Positions 29,188 through 39,676 of a DNA stretch of 64,000 nucleotides are shown here, one piece after another. Each line of letters begins with the position of its first letter. The stretch's first letter is position 1. Location of the stretch: the NCBI GenBank assembly GCA_965224195.1, contig OZ245040.1:416001-480000 (forward strand), in the 5' to 3' direction. A program made the translations under genes and the position numbers. This DNA comes from Nitrosopumilus sp. (GTDB lineage: Archaea > Thermoproteota > Nitrososphaeria > Nitrososphaerales > Nitrosopumilaceae). A model generated the notes under the pieces. That model ran no database searches, was not told where the DNA came from, and worked only from the letters and a program-made list of their open reading frames with translations.

Positions 29188-30725
29188 CGGTGTATTACAA
29201 TCCGACAAATCCGTATACATTATCGGTTCCGACATGATCTTAACACTCATTGAACCAGATTTCGATTTTGACAATGATAGTGCTGAGACTTATGACTTGG
29301 ACTTAATTGAATGGGACTCTGATGCAGCAACTACCACTATGAGTAGTCTTGCCACCACACCGGCAATTACTGCAGCCTTTGACCCAGAACCAACAGACTT
29401 CAGAGAAACAGGTGATAGTACTGGAATCTTCCAGATTGTCATCGAGATTCCTGCTGCTCTAGGCGATGATAACCTTGAAAGAGGTGAAGAAATCGTTTTA
29501 GAGTACACTGATTGGGGTCCATCCGGTTCAGATTATGTAGGTGATGAAGATGTAAACATCAGTCTTCACATCTAATTTCGGTGCAACTGTCGAGCTCGAC
29601 CAAAAAGTATACTACTGGACTGATAAAGTCTATGTTACCGTAGTCGCTCCAGATCACAACTTTGACGGTGATCTAGTTGACGAAGTAGGAGACACTAATG
29701 ATGATCCAATAAAGATCTCCACTAGAAGCTTCAACTTAGATAACTACAAACTCGTCGAAACTGGAACCGACACAGGCATCTTCACAGGTGAAGTAATCCT
29801 CACTGGATTTACATCACATGATGCAGATGGTGACGGTAGTACAGGCGATGCTTCAGGAATTAAATCCGCTGATGGTGCAGGTCCAACTGATGGACTGCTA
29901 CCAACTGATGATGATGATGACGGCATTACTGTCTCCTTTGAATTCTCAGAGGATGAAACAGTAGTCGGTTCAGCACTTATCAGATGTAACATCGGTGAGG
30001 TACAATGGTTAGAAGCAAGTTATCCAGCAAGCGGAACAGGTGTTGTAAGAGTAATTGATTCAGACATGAACTTAAATCCAGAAGCAGTAGACAACTTCGA
30101 TGTAGATATCTGGCCTGACTCCGACGCCGGAGGTATTGACCTTACTGTAACTGAGACTAATGAGGCAACCGGAATTTTCGAAGGTACTGTATTCTTTACA
30201 GTCACTAACGAATCATCCGGTCACAGACTCAGAGTCGCAGAAGGTGACACTGTCACCGCAGAATATGAAGACAATACATTACCAGATCCGCACACAACTG
30301 CAGATGAACTTGATATCACTACCACTTCCCTAATCGGTACTGTAGTACCACCTCTCGAGAGAGCACCAGCTGCTAACTTGAGAACAATTGATGCCTTCGG
30401 CAACAGTTTAGATACTGTCTCCGTTGATCAACAGGTGCAAATCAGTGCTGACTTAGCAAATGGTCAGGATAGAGAGCAAACATTTGCATACTTGGTACAG
30501 ATCCAAGATGGTAACGGTATTACAGTCTCACTAGCATGGATTACAGGTTCACTATCTGCTGGTCAATCATTCAGCCCGGCATTATCATGGATTCCAACAA
30601 ACGTAGGAACTTACACAGCAACCGCATTTGTATGGGAATCAGTAGATAATCCAACAGCATTATCACCACCAGTCAGTACAACAGCATTATCACCACCAGT
30701 CAGTACAACAGTAACTGTACAGTAA
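29188..30725 (+). pseudogene. 5'-truncated, frameshifted thaumarchaeal S-layer protein gene (C-terminal ~510 codons)
   Basis: GVLQSDKSVYIIGSDMILTLIEPD..ETGDSTGIF..LDQKVYYWTDKV..ETGTDTGIFTGEV..ETNEATGIFEG..AYLVQIQD..AFVWESVDNPTALSP; frameshift near 29560; begins at an IS end; C-ending codon bias of a highly expressed gene. Confidence 0.82.
30652..30711 (+). repeat. 27-bp tandem duplication (TALSPPVST x2) at the S-layer C-terminus
   Basis: CAACAGCATTATCACCACCAGTCAGTA x2 plus CAACAG. Confidence 0.9.
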
Positions 30726-30836
30726 GATAACTAGTTCAAATTATCCTTTTTTTCTTTTTTTTGAATACCTCTTAACGAAAGTTATGCACAATTTTTTCAC
30801 AAGTAATATCTAGGAGAAGATTGAGAATAAATTAAA

Positions 30837-31808
30837 TTGAAATTTAAAATTTTATTTTCAACTTTAATTATTCTTTTACTTGCAAATATACCAAATTCAT
30901 TTGCAGAAGAACTTGAACTTTTTACAAACGGCAAAGTCTATTCTCCTGAACATACCATGCAAGTGTACGGTAAAGGATTACCTGAAGAAGATCTGATTCT
31001 ACGACTCTTTGCACCAGATGAAACAATTGCAAAATTTGATCAAATAACTACTGAATCTGATGGTTCTTTTAATCATGATTTACTTACTTGGCCTGAACCT
31101 TCTACTAATTTCCCTTATGGCACATATACTGTTGAAATAATTAGTACAGAACAAAATGGAATGTCTCAAAAAATTGATGTAAAATTTTCATCTACAACTG
31201 AATTACTTGATGTAACTGTAGAGAGATTTGTGAATACTTTGGTTTTTGCTCCTGAAACAGCTGCAAAAGGTCAGCCAATTCGAGTTTTTGTACAAACAAC
31301 AAGTGATGGATTATTGATTGGGAATGAACCTCGTGAATTATTGGGTACAACTCACGTACACCTACCTTCTGGAGTTTCTGTTACTTTATCTAATTCATTT
31401 AAGACATTACATCAGGGATTATACTATGTTGATTACACTCCAATTGAAGAAGGAACTCATGTGTTTCATGTGGTTGCATTTAGTCAAGGAACAACATCCC
31501 ATGGATCAGCAGCTACAACTGTATTGAGTCAAGATCTTGGAGGGATCTCAGAACAAATTGTTAAATTAAATTCTATTTTGGATCAAACATCAGATGAACT
31601 TGAAATTCTAAAATCTGAAATAAATGGCTTTGATACTACTCTGGAATATGCAAGTACCCAAATTGATGAAAATATTGGAACATTTGCACTTTCTGCAAAA
31701 TCCATTAGTGAATCTTCCGCGCAACTAAATGCATTATTGCTGCCAATCATTGCATCAGTGGGACTAATTGTTGCACTACAAATAGCAATTTTAGCTAGAA
31801 GAAGATAG
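30837..31808 (+). CDS. Secreted Ig-like/coiled-coil protein with C-terminal membrane anchor
   Basis: Signal peptide (..SFAEE), beta-rich domains, coiled coil, TM helix plus RRR. Confidence 0.72.
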   Translation: MKFKILFSTLIILLLANIPNSFAEELELFTNGKVYSPEHTMQVYGKGLPEEDLILRLFAPDETIAKFDQITTESDGSFNHDLLTWPEPSTNFPYGTYTVEIISTEQNGMSQKIDVKFSSTTELLDVTVERFVNTLVFAPETAAKGQPIRVFVQTTSDGLLIGNEPRELLGTTHVHLPSGVSVTLSNSFKTLHQGLYYVDYTPIEEGTHVFHVVAFSQGTTSHGSAATTVLSQDLGGISEQIVKLNSILDQTSDELEILKSEINGFDTTLEYASTQIDENIGTFALSAKSISESSAQLNALLLPIIASVGLIVALQIAILARRR

Positions 31809-31839
31809 TTATAATAACATAAGAATTGAAAACAAATCA

Positions 31840-34800
31840 ATGCCCAAAGTGGCTATACTCTTTTTCATACTGTTGTTTTCTCCGATGATAACCAGTTCAC
31901 ATGCATTTATTCCTGTTGATTTGAAAACTGAAAATAATGATAAATATTCTTTAATTTTTGATTCTGATATTATAGATATTGATTCTGATTTTTTTGTTGA
32001 AAATGATTTTAAAAGATATTTAATTTTTGGAAATAATCTACAAAAAAATGATTTTTTAAAAACAAATTCAATTTATGGAATCCAATCTGATAGCGGATTT
32101 TTTTCTGTTGCTATTCTATCTGAAACTTCTGCATCTAATTTAATTTCTCAGGGGTATTATGTAGTTGAAGATTTCCAATTAGATTTTCATTCACAAAATA
32201 ATCAAACTCAAGATGCTTCTAGAATTGGAGATATTACTGGATCAAATTTAGCCAAATCAAAGTATGGTTCATCTGGAAATGATACAATAATTGCAATTGT
32301 AGATACGGGAGTTGATTTTTCAAATCTTGACATTCAACATTCATTAGCACGAAATGAAATTAATCATCCTATAATGCTTGATCCTGATGGACAAGGAATT
32401 GTATTAACAAATGCAACATTTTTTGCATATGTTGATGAAAATGAAATTATTCGAAATTATAGTAAACCCATTCCATCACATATGACATCTTCAGCATATG
32501 TAACACGTGATGGAGTATTCCTTGATGTATCTCAAGGGGGGAAAGGTAGTGACATACCTATTTACAATTCATTTTTTCCACAAATTGGTTCATCTGTAAT
32601 ATTTAATGGAACACTTGATACTGATATAAAAATTGGCGATGATAATAGAAATTATATCAAATCAAAAAGTGGGATTTATCATCTTGGTGTAATATATCAG
32701 GGAGGATTAAGTGGACCATTAGCTAGAATACAAGTTGTCCCAGTATTGGTTGTTGACTCATTTCTTCCAGGAGTGTATGATACAATAATTCCTGATTTGA
32801 GTACATCTTGGGAAGATTACACAAGATTTGATTTAGAACCTGGACAAAAAGCAAATTATGATTTTGATTTTACTGATGAGAAACCTATAGTTTTAGGAAG
32901 CGGAAATGAATTTCTTGTTTATGATTCTAATCAAGACGGAAAAAATGATTATAGCGCAGGAACATTTGGCGCACAAGTTCTTGATGTTTATGGTGTAATT
33001 AGAAATAATTTTACTGACATTGATGATACTCTAAAGGCAATTAATGGAACTCTTTTACCTCCTTTGGATTCTGATGGTGAATTTTTTGGTTTAATGACTG
33101 ATTTTATGGGGCATGGTACTTCTAGTGCTGCATCAATAACTTCACGTGGTCACGAAGTCTATGATATTTACAACAACTCAAAAAAGTATTCTATAACTGG
33201 AGTAGCTCCTGATGCAAAAATTGTACCAGTCAAAGCTTTGTGGTTTGGTGACACTGTTTATGGTTGGTTGTGGTCTGCGGGATTTGAAAATAAAGATCAT
33301 AATTGGAAATTTTCAGGTCAACCTAGAGTAGATATAATTTCTAATAGTTGGGGGGTATCTACTTTTCCATCTTTTAATGCATCACCTGGTATGGATGTAC
33401 TATCATTGATTCTTACCGTACTAGCAACTCCTAATTCATTAGATGATAATTATCCTGGAGTTACAATAATTTCTAGTGCTGGAAATTCTGGACATGGATA
33501 TGGGACAATTGGACTTCCTAATGTATCACCGTTTGGAATTTCTGTGGGTGCAACAACAAACAATGTTTTTGTAGGATATGGGCCATTCAAAGATCAACCT
33601 AGATTTGGAAATACAACTATCCATTCTAATCATGTGGTTGATTTTTCTAGCAGAGGTCCAGGCTCTATCGGAGATCCAAAACCTGATGTAATGAGTATTG
33701 GTGCACATGGATTTGTTCCATCAAATCTTTTAAAAATTCATAAAGATTCTAAAAATGAATCTTTTTCATTATTTGGAGGAACTAGCATGGCTGCACCTCT
33801 AGTCTCTGGTAGTGTTGCAGTGCTAATTGAAGAATTAAAAAAACAATCTAAAGATTATGATTCTTTTTTAATCAAAAATATCCTCATGTCTACTGCAACT
33901 GATTTACATAATGATCCATTTACTCAAGGATCCGGATTAGTAAATCTTGAATCTGCTTTGAATTATGTAAATGGAGAAAATGGAGTATTCATAGTACATA
34001 ACGATGACTCATATGATAATATAAAAAATATTCTTAAACCTGCAATTGAAAAAATTAACTCTACATCAATAGGATTTGAAAAATTTCATCTGCCTTCAAA
34101 ATCATTCCCTATGACTAGTTGGTTTGCAGGCCAATTGTTACCTGGTGATCGAACTACAACAACCTTTACAATTGATAATCCAACCAATGATACTCTTTCG
34201 ATAAATGTAAATCCTCAAACTTTGTCATTAATGTCTAAAACTCAGTTCAATGGAACAACAATCGTACGTGAACAAGATTCTGTATTAAACAACACTGATA
34301 CATTCATTCCAAATTATGTTAAATTATCTGAACTTGCAAATCAGGATGAACTTGGGAGATTTTTTAACAATGATGATCCAATCCCAGATGAATCTTTACT
34401 AATGATTTTAAATCTAAATTTCCGATTTAATGATTTTATGAATAACACTTCAGATGTTTATGCTGACGATATCAAAATTGCTTCTCTCTATCTCTATGAT
34501 TGGATGGATAACAATAATGACACAAAAATTACAAGTGATGAATTATCAATGGTGAATAGAGCTGGTTCTTGGGGAACAGTGCAAGAACTTAGAGTTTCTG
34601 ATCCAAATGAAAAATTTGATGGTGTTCCTTTAGTTGGTGTCTATCCTGTACCTACAAGATATTCTTACTGGCTAGGTGATACAAAACAAAATTCTACTTC
34701 AATGGATTATACAATTTCTGCTAGTCATTATGAAAAAGAAAAGTGGCCATTATTGTGGACTGAGCATGAAAAAATTTCTGTTTTACCTGAAAATTCATCA

Positions 34801-35637
34801 ACTATAGATATTACATTAGTAACTCCATCTGATTTACAAACGGGAATCTATCAAGGATTTTTAACTTTTGAAAATGAAGAACACGTTGTAAATGCACCAA
34901 TATCTTTTGTAATTAAACAACCTGTAAGTGAAAATGATTCTACAATTTTGATCAAAGGAACATCGAGTGATGATGTTCTTTATGGAAATGGTTACACAAA
35001 AGGTGCATTTGATATGGTTAATAGATACATGGCAGGAGATTGGAGACAATATTATTTTGATATTCAAAATGAATCAATCAATACTGCAGCAATTGAGATT
35101 TCATGGATTAGCAGCAACACCAATCTATCTGTATTTGTAATGGATCCTTCAGGAAAAATAATACAAACTAATGTCCCATCTGGTGTCTTTGGACATTTTA
35201 TGGAGTGGGCTTCACTTGATTGGTTAGGAAATTCAATTTTTAGTCAAGGTGGGGGATTTTTCCCTGTGAAAAATAAAGATGATACTTCAACTGTTCTTTA
35301 CGTGCCGATAAATCAAACAGGTACTTACACACTTTTAACTCATTCAACTTTATTTGGTGGTCATTCAACTACAGAACCAATTACACTTGCAGCTAAATTC
35401 ACACACATATCTCCTGAAATGTTTGATTCTCAAGAATCTGTAAATGTAGAAATAAAATCAACATCTACAAAATCTGAAGACATTTCTGAAATCATAACTA
35501 AAACAGAAATTCAAAATCAAATGAATATTGATACTGATCTTCCATTCGGTACAGGAATTGCAATAGGTATAGTCATTGGAATTGCGATCGGATTAGTTTT
35601 CATTTTAATCATAAGACAAAAACCTCCAAAAGATTGA
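31840..35637 (+). CDS. Membrane-anchored subtilisin-like S8 serine protease
   Basis: Catalytic IVDTGVD, GHGT, GGTSMAAP; oxyanion SAGN; signal peptide and C-terminal TM. Confidence 0.92.
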   Translation: MPKVAILFFILLFSPMITSSHAFIPVDLKTENNDKYSLIFDSDIIDIDSDFFVENDFKRYLIFGNNLQKNDFLKTNSIYGIQSDSGFFSVAILSETSASNLISQGYYVVEDFQLDFHSQNNQTQDASRIGDITGSNLAKSKYGSSGNDTIIAIVDTGVDFSNLDIQHSLARNEINHPIMLDPDGQGIVLTNATFFAYVDENEIIRNYSKPIPSHMTSSAYVTRDGVFLDVSQGGKGSDIPIYNSFFPQIGSSVIFNGTLDTDIKIGDDNRNYIKSKSGIYHLGVIYQGGLSGPLARIQVVPVLVVDSFLPGVYDTIIPDLSTSWEDYTRFDLEPGQKANYDFDFTDEKPIVLGSGNEFLVYDSNQDGKNDYSAGTFGAQVLDVYGVIRNNFTDIDDTLKAINGTLLPPLDSDGEFFGLMTDFMGHGTSSAASITSRGHEVYDIYNNSKKYSITGVAPDAKIVPVKALWFGDTVYGWLWSAGFENKDHNWKFSGQPRVDIISNSWGVSTFPSFNASPGMDVLSLILTVLATPNSLDDNYPGVTIISSAGNSGHGYGTIGLPNVSPFGISVGATTNNVFVGYGPFKDQPRFGNTTIHSNHVVDFSSRGPGSIGDPKPDVMSIGAHGFVPSNLLKIHKDSKNESFSLFGGTSMAAPLVSGSVAVLIEELKKQSKDYDSFLIKNILMSTATDLHNDPFTQGSGLVNLESALNYVNGENGVFIVHNDDSYDNIKNILKPAIEKINSTSIGFEKFHLPSKSFPMTSWFAGQLLPGDRTTTTFTIDNPTNDTLSINVNPQTLSLMSKTQFNGTTIVREQDSVLNNTDTFIPNYVKLSELANQDELGRFFNNDDPIPDESLLMILNLNFRFNDFMNNTSDVYADDIKIASLYLYDWMDNNNDTKITSDELSMVNRAGSWGTVQELRVSDPNEKFDGVPLVGVYPVPTRYSYWLGDTKQNSTSMDYTISASHYEKEKWPLLWTEHEKISVLPENSSTIDITLVTPSDLQTGIYQGFLTFENEEHVVNAPISFVIKQPVSENDSTILIKGTSSDDVLYGNGYTKGAFDMVNRYMAGDWRQYYFDIQNESINTAAIEISWISSNTNLSVFVMDPSGKIIQTNVPSGVFGHFMEWASLDWLGNSIFSQGGGFFPVKNKDDTSTVLYVPINQTGTYTLLTHSTLFGGHSTTEPITLAAKFTHISPEMFDSQESVNVEIKSTSTKSEDISEIITKTEIQNQMNIDTDLPFGTGIAIGIVIGIAIGLVFILIIRQKPPKD

Positions 35638-35675
35638 ACAAGGTTTATAAGCAATTTGGCGAGAACGAGAGCTGA

Positions 35676-36281
35676 ATGTCAGAACTGGGGACAAAAAAGT
35701 CTGGCGGATTATCCCGAAGAGACTTTCTCAAATTAATGGGTGCCGCAGGCACTGGATTAGCATTTGCACCGTTTGTTCCGTTTGGTAATTTCATGCCAAA
35801 TCCAAATCAGGCATCTTTAGAAAGAGTTCCAGTAATTTTACCTGATGACACTCAAGCAAATATCAATACTTATCCAATTAATCATGCAGAAGTAATTACA
35901 TATCCTGCAACTGGTGATGCTGCACTTGATGCAGAAGCATTTCGTAAATGGCAATTCATTAGACTGCCAGAAGAATTAGGCGGAGATAAAAAAGATACTA
36001 GTTCATTACGAGCTTATAGTATGATTTGTTTACATCTTTGGTGTTTATGGAAATATTGGCCTGATGAAGGAAGAAAGAGGGGTGAATGTCCTTGTCACGG
36101 TAGTATGTATGATCCAATGACTGGAACAGCATTTGTTGGTCCCGCATCAGTTCAAGCTGCACCATCAAACACTTTACCCAAATTAACTTTAGATATAGAT
36201 TCAGATGGTTTAGTATTCATCATGCCACCGAAATTTAACGCAAATGATAATGGAGTAATTGGATATGGCCGTTTCGCTTGA
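35676..36281 (+). CDS. Rieske 2Fe-2S protein of complex III (Tat signal)
   Basis: SRRDFLK Tat motif; CLHLWC and CPCHGS boxes. Confidence 0.93.
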   Translation: MSELGTKKSGGLSRRDFLKLMGAAGTGLAFAPFVPFGNFMPNPNQASLERVPVILPDDTQANINTYPINHAEVITYPATGDAALDAEAFRKWQFIRLPEELGGDKKDTSSLRAYSMICLHLWCLWKYWPDEGRKRGECPCHGSMYDPMTGTAFVGPASVQAAPSNTLPKLTLDIDSDGLVFIMPPKFNANDNGVIGYGRFA

Positions 36282-37860
36282 AAGAAGAACTGGGATTGTA
36301 GCACTCCTTTATTGGTTTTGGGATGGAGTAGACCGTACCATCTTCACTGCAATTAAATTTTCGTTCCCTGCAAGATTTGTAAGTCCATTTGGATTTTTAG
36401 GAATGCTTACATTCATTGTTTTCATTATTCTTGGAGTATCAGGAGCTTTACTGATGTTTTACTATCAACCAATTTTAGATAGAGCTTGGGATAGTGTTCA
36501 ATTCATTAATGATGATGTTCCATTTGGTTTTCACATTAGAAATATCCACTACCATGGTTCTAACGCTATGGTACTTCTTGCAGTTCTTCACATGTATTAT
36601 CAATACTTTAGTGGACGATACAAAATTAGAAATGAAGTTTTATGGATGACTGGTGTCATTTTAGGAACTGTTACAATTCTTGAAGCATTTACTGGATATG
36701 ATGTTATTTTTAGTGAAAGAGCTGAGCTTGCGATTAGTATTGCGGCGTCGTTAACTACATCCATCCCTGTTGTAGGACCTACAATTCGTGATGCGGCGTT
36801 GGGTAGTGGATTCTCGGACTTTGTATTAAGATTCTATGCACAACATGTATTCTTGCTACCTATTGTAATGCTTGGATTAATGGCCGTACACTTCCCAAGA
36901 TTCTTGGTATTTGATGTACCTATGGTAATGGCAATCGGTGGTGCTATTTTGATCACTGGTGGTGTCTTTCCAATTGATATGGGATTCAAGTTTGAACCCA
37001 CGGTACCGCCCGGTGTCACAGTTCCTGAATGGTATCTTACGGGAATCTATGCATTCATGAGGACGCAATATGACAAGTTTGTTACAGGTTTACTGTGGCC
37101 GTTGTTATTCATCATATCATTTGTATTGATTCCATTTATTGATAGATACAAGAAATTCTCTTGGAGAGATAGACCAATAATCACTGCATTCGGAATTACA
37201 AGCCTTGCTCAAATTATGGTTACAACATACTGGGGATTCTATATTTCACCTGATACAAAATTACCATTAGTTGAGCGTTTGGTAATTGATCCGATATTCT
37301 TCTATTCTACAATGATATTGTTAGTACCTCTAGGATTTGGATTTACTTACATGATGATTAAACTAGCAAATGAAGCCGAAAGAAAATCAAAACTTGCTAA
37401 AAGTAGTGGTCCACAAAAAGTTGCTACCATCAATTTATCTGAAAAATGGATTAACTGGTTATTGGTTGCACTATTGGCTTTCCAAGTATTCTTAAACATT
37501 GCCGCATACAATGCGGCATTAACAGGAATGAAGAATATTTCATTGTTCTTTATAGGAATTATCCTGTTAGTCTTTGCAGCATTCTTCCATGTGTACAGAT
37601 ATGCAATGAGTCAACAAAAGAATGCGCCACCACCTGCACCTATTCCTGTAGTTGAGGAGAAACCGAAACTAGCAGAACCTGAAGTACCTGTAGAGCAGAG
37701 TAAACTTACCGAAGGTGAAACAGCATCTGATTCAAAACCAGCTCCAAAAGAATTGATACCAGAAGTACCAGTACCAAAAACTCAAGCAGATTTGGGAGTT
37801 GGTGAAAGTAATAATTCAAATGCTGGCTCCAACGATATTGATGGAGTGAAAAAATTATGA
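36265..37860 (+). CDS. Cytochrome b/b6 of complex III with C-terminal extension
   Basis: RNIHYHGSN..LHM, FTGY, RFYAQHV, VH, PEWY motif. Confidence 0.92.
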   Translation: MAVSLERRTGIVALLYWFWDGVDRTIFTAIKFSFPARFVSPFGFLGMLTFIVFIILGVSGALLMFYYQPILDRAWDSVQFINDDVPFGFHIRNIHYHGSNAMVLLAVLHMYYQYFSGRYKIRNEVLWMTGVILGTVTILEAFTGYDVIFSERAELAISIAASLTTSIPVVGPTIRDAALGSGFSDFVLRFYAQHVFLLPIVMLGLMAVHFPRFLVFDVPMVMAIGGAILITGGVFPIDMGFKFEPTVPPGVTVPEWYLTGIYAFMRTQYDKFVTGLLWPLLFIISFVLIPFIDRYKKFSWRDRPIITAFGITSLAQIMVTTYWGFYISPDTKLPLVERLVIDPIFFYSTMILLVPLGFGFTYMMIKLANEAERKSKLAKSSGPQKVATINLSEKWINWLLVALLAFQVFLNIAAYNAALTGMKNISLFFIGIILLVFAAFFHVYRYAMSQQKNAPPPAPIPVVEEKPKLAEPEVPVEQSKLTEGETASDSKPAPKELIPEVPVPKTQADLGVGESNNSNAGSNDIDGVKKL

Positions 37861-38318
37861 GTGGTCCTACTTCTAGTCATGCATATGGAATTGGAATGAT
37901 TGCATTAATTATTGGCATGTCTGCATCTGTTGTATTTTATACATCATTTTATCTTCCTGAATCATTAGCAAAACCATCTGTTTCTGATCATATTTTACAC
38001 CCTGAAGAAGATTTTATTATTGAAATTGTTCCAGGGGCTGTAGTTGAAGGAAATCCAAACTATGTTCCAAACAAACCTGTTGTGGCATTAACGATTAACA
38101 ATAAAGTAATTTGGCAGAATAATGATGACACTGCTCATACTGTAACTCCTGATCATAGACATGCAGATAGTTACAGTGGAGACTTTGGTTCTACTGGAGT
38201 TATAAAATCTGGAGAAAGTTATGAATTCTTGTTTACTGAACCGCAAGATGTTCCTTATCACTGTAAACCTCATCCATGGATGAAAGGAATTATTTCTGTA
38301 GAAAAAAGTAGATTCTAG
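37857..38318 (+). CDS. Blue copper (plastocyanin-like) subunit of complex III
   Basis: N-terminal TM; NDDTAHTVT, YHCKPHPWMKG type-1 Cu site. Confidence 0.88.
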   Translation: MSGPTSSHAYGIGMIALIIGMSASVVFYTSFYLPESLAKPSVSDHILHPEEDFIIEIVPGAVVEGNPNYVPNKPVVALTINNKVIWQNNDDTAHTVTPDHRHADSYSGDFGSTGVIKSGESYEFLFTEPQDVPYHCKPHPWMKGIISVEKSRF

Positions 38319-38665
38319 TTAGAATATTTTGCAAATATTATCTGACTTTCAATTTCTTTATGTTGTTCAATAATTGATACTCTAAATTTTACTTCATACT
38401 CTTGATTTGGTTCAAAATTAATCATTGCAGTAAATTCTGCTTTATCTTCAGGCATTACATCTTTGTTGATAAATAATCTTGAAACATTCTGTGATATTTT
38501 TTTTCCATTATATGATTTGTAACTAATATGTTCGTTTGAATCTAAAATTGTGGTATTAATTACTACCCCGTCATATCGTCCTGGATATGAAACTAAAATG
38601 ATTCCTGTAATTTCAGAATTTGGATGAATATCTGTTGAATTTAATTTGAATTCTAAATCTTTCAC
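38315..38665 (-). CDS. Hypothetical beta-rich protein
   Basis: 116-aa ORF overlapping the stop of the convergent gene. Confidence 0.55.
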   Translation of the reverse strand: MKDLEFKLNSTDIHPNSEITGIILVSYPGRYDGVVINTTILDSNEHISYKSYNGKKISQNVSRLFINKDVMPEDKAEFTAMINFEPNQEYEVKFRVSIIEQHKEIESQIIFAKYSN

Positions 38666-38704
38666 AAAATCTTGTTTCTAAATTAGAATAATAATTTTGT
38701 TAAG

Positions 38705-38779
38705 TGGGCCCAAAGGGCTTCGATCCCTTGACTTTTGGATTAGAAGTCCAACACGCTATCCATGCTGCGCCATAGGCCC
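38705..38779 (-). tRNA. tRNA-Arg(TCT)
   Basis: Reverse complement GGGCCTA..TTGGA-CTTCTAA-TCCAA..AAGGG-ATCGAAG-CCCTT-TGGGCCC-A. Confidence 0.92.
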
Positions 38780-38812
38780 GAAAACCTAAAAATTAATTAC
38801 CATTTTAAGGGT

Positions 38813-39676
38813 TTACAGCCACTTTTTTTGATAATTTTCTCTTTCCATTTTGAAAAGAAATTGTTGTGCATATCCTGCATATGGGCCAAAATGATTTACA
38901 ATTTTTTCATGAAGAATTTCATATTGTTTTTGAGTAATTGATTTTGTTTTTAATTGGAATTTATCCGAATAATATTTTTTTAATATTTTAATCATCCATC
39001 TGTCTAACGGAAAAGATTCCAATTTGTTTAACGAAAATAATAAAATACAATCTGCAACTTTGTTTCCCACACCTGGAATTTTACAAATCTCTTCCTTTGC
39101 ATCTAGATAATTACATTTCTTCAAATATTCAAAATCTATTTTTTTTAAAACTATCATGTTTGCAGCATCCTTGATAAATTTAGCACGATAACCGACTCCA
39201 CAACTTTTAATTTCATTTATTGATGCTTTAGCAAGAATTTCAGGTTTTGGAAATAAAAAAAATTCTTGGTTCTCAAATTCAACTTTTTCTCCAAACTTTT
39301 TTGACATTTTTTCTAAACTATTTTTAATTTTTTGGATGTTAGAGTTTGATGATACAATAAATGAAATTAAACATTGAAATGGATCTTGTTCTAGAATTCT
39401 TAATCCTAAATATTGTTTTACAGCTTTTTTGGAAACATTATCTTTAGAAATCGATTTAATTATTTTTTCAATATTATCTTTTTTTCGAAAAAAATCTGTT
39501 TTTGTATTTTGATATGATTTAATATTGCCTAACTTGGATATTTTTAAAATATTTTGCCCATTAATCCCATACCAACTATCTTTATTTTTTCTCCAAAGAA
39601 AAACTTGACCACTATTGATTGAATTTTCAACATTTATGATGCTATTATTTTGCAAATTAGATAGATATTTCATCAT
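38813..39676 (-). CDS. 8-oxoguanine DNA glycosylase (OGG1-like HhH-GPD)
   Basis: SGQVFLW, GLRILEQDPFQCLISFIVS, GYRAK, IPGVGNKVADC..FPLD, YAGYAQQFLF. Confidence 0.88.
   Translation of the reverse strand: MMKYLSNLQNNSIINVENSINSGQVFLWRKNKDSWYGINGQNILKISKLGNIKSYQNTKTDFFRKKDNIEKIIKSISKDNVSKKAVKQYLGLRILEQDPFQCLISFIVSSNSNIQKIKNSLEKMSKKFGEKVEFENQEFFLFPKPEILAKASINEIKSCGVGYRAKFIKDAANMIVLKKIDFEYLKKCNYLDAKEEICKIPGVGNKVADCILLFSLNKLESFPLDRWMIKILKKYYSDKFQLKTKSITQKQYEILHEKIVNHFGPYAGYAQQFLFKMERENYQKKWL

Noticed and set aside
26701-30800. Integrated provirus or island at tRNA-Val
   Set aside because: No integrase and no second copy of the tRNA 3' end (att site) was seen in the window
35676-38318. Complex III with a blue-copper subunit in place of cytochrome c1 as a novel system
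   Set aside because: This is the established arrangement in ammonia-oxidising archaea
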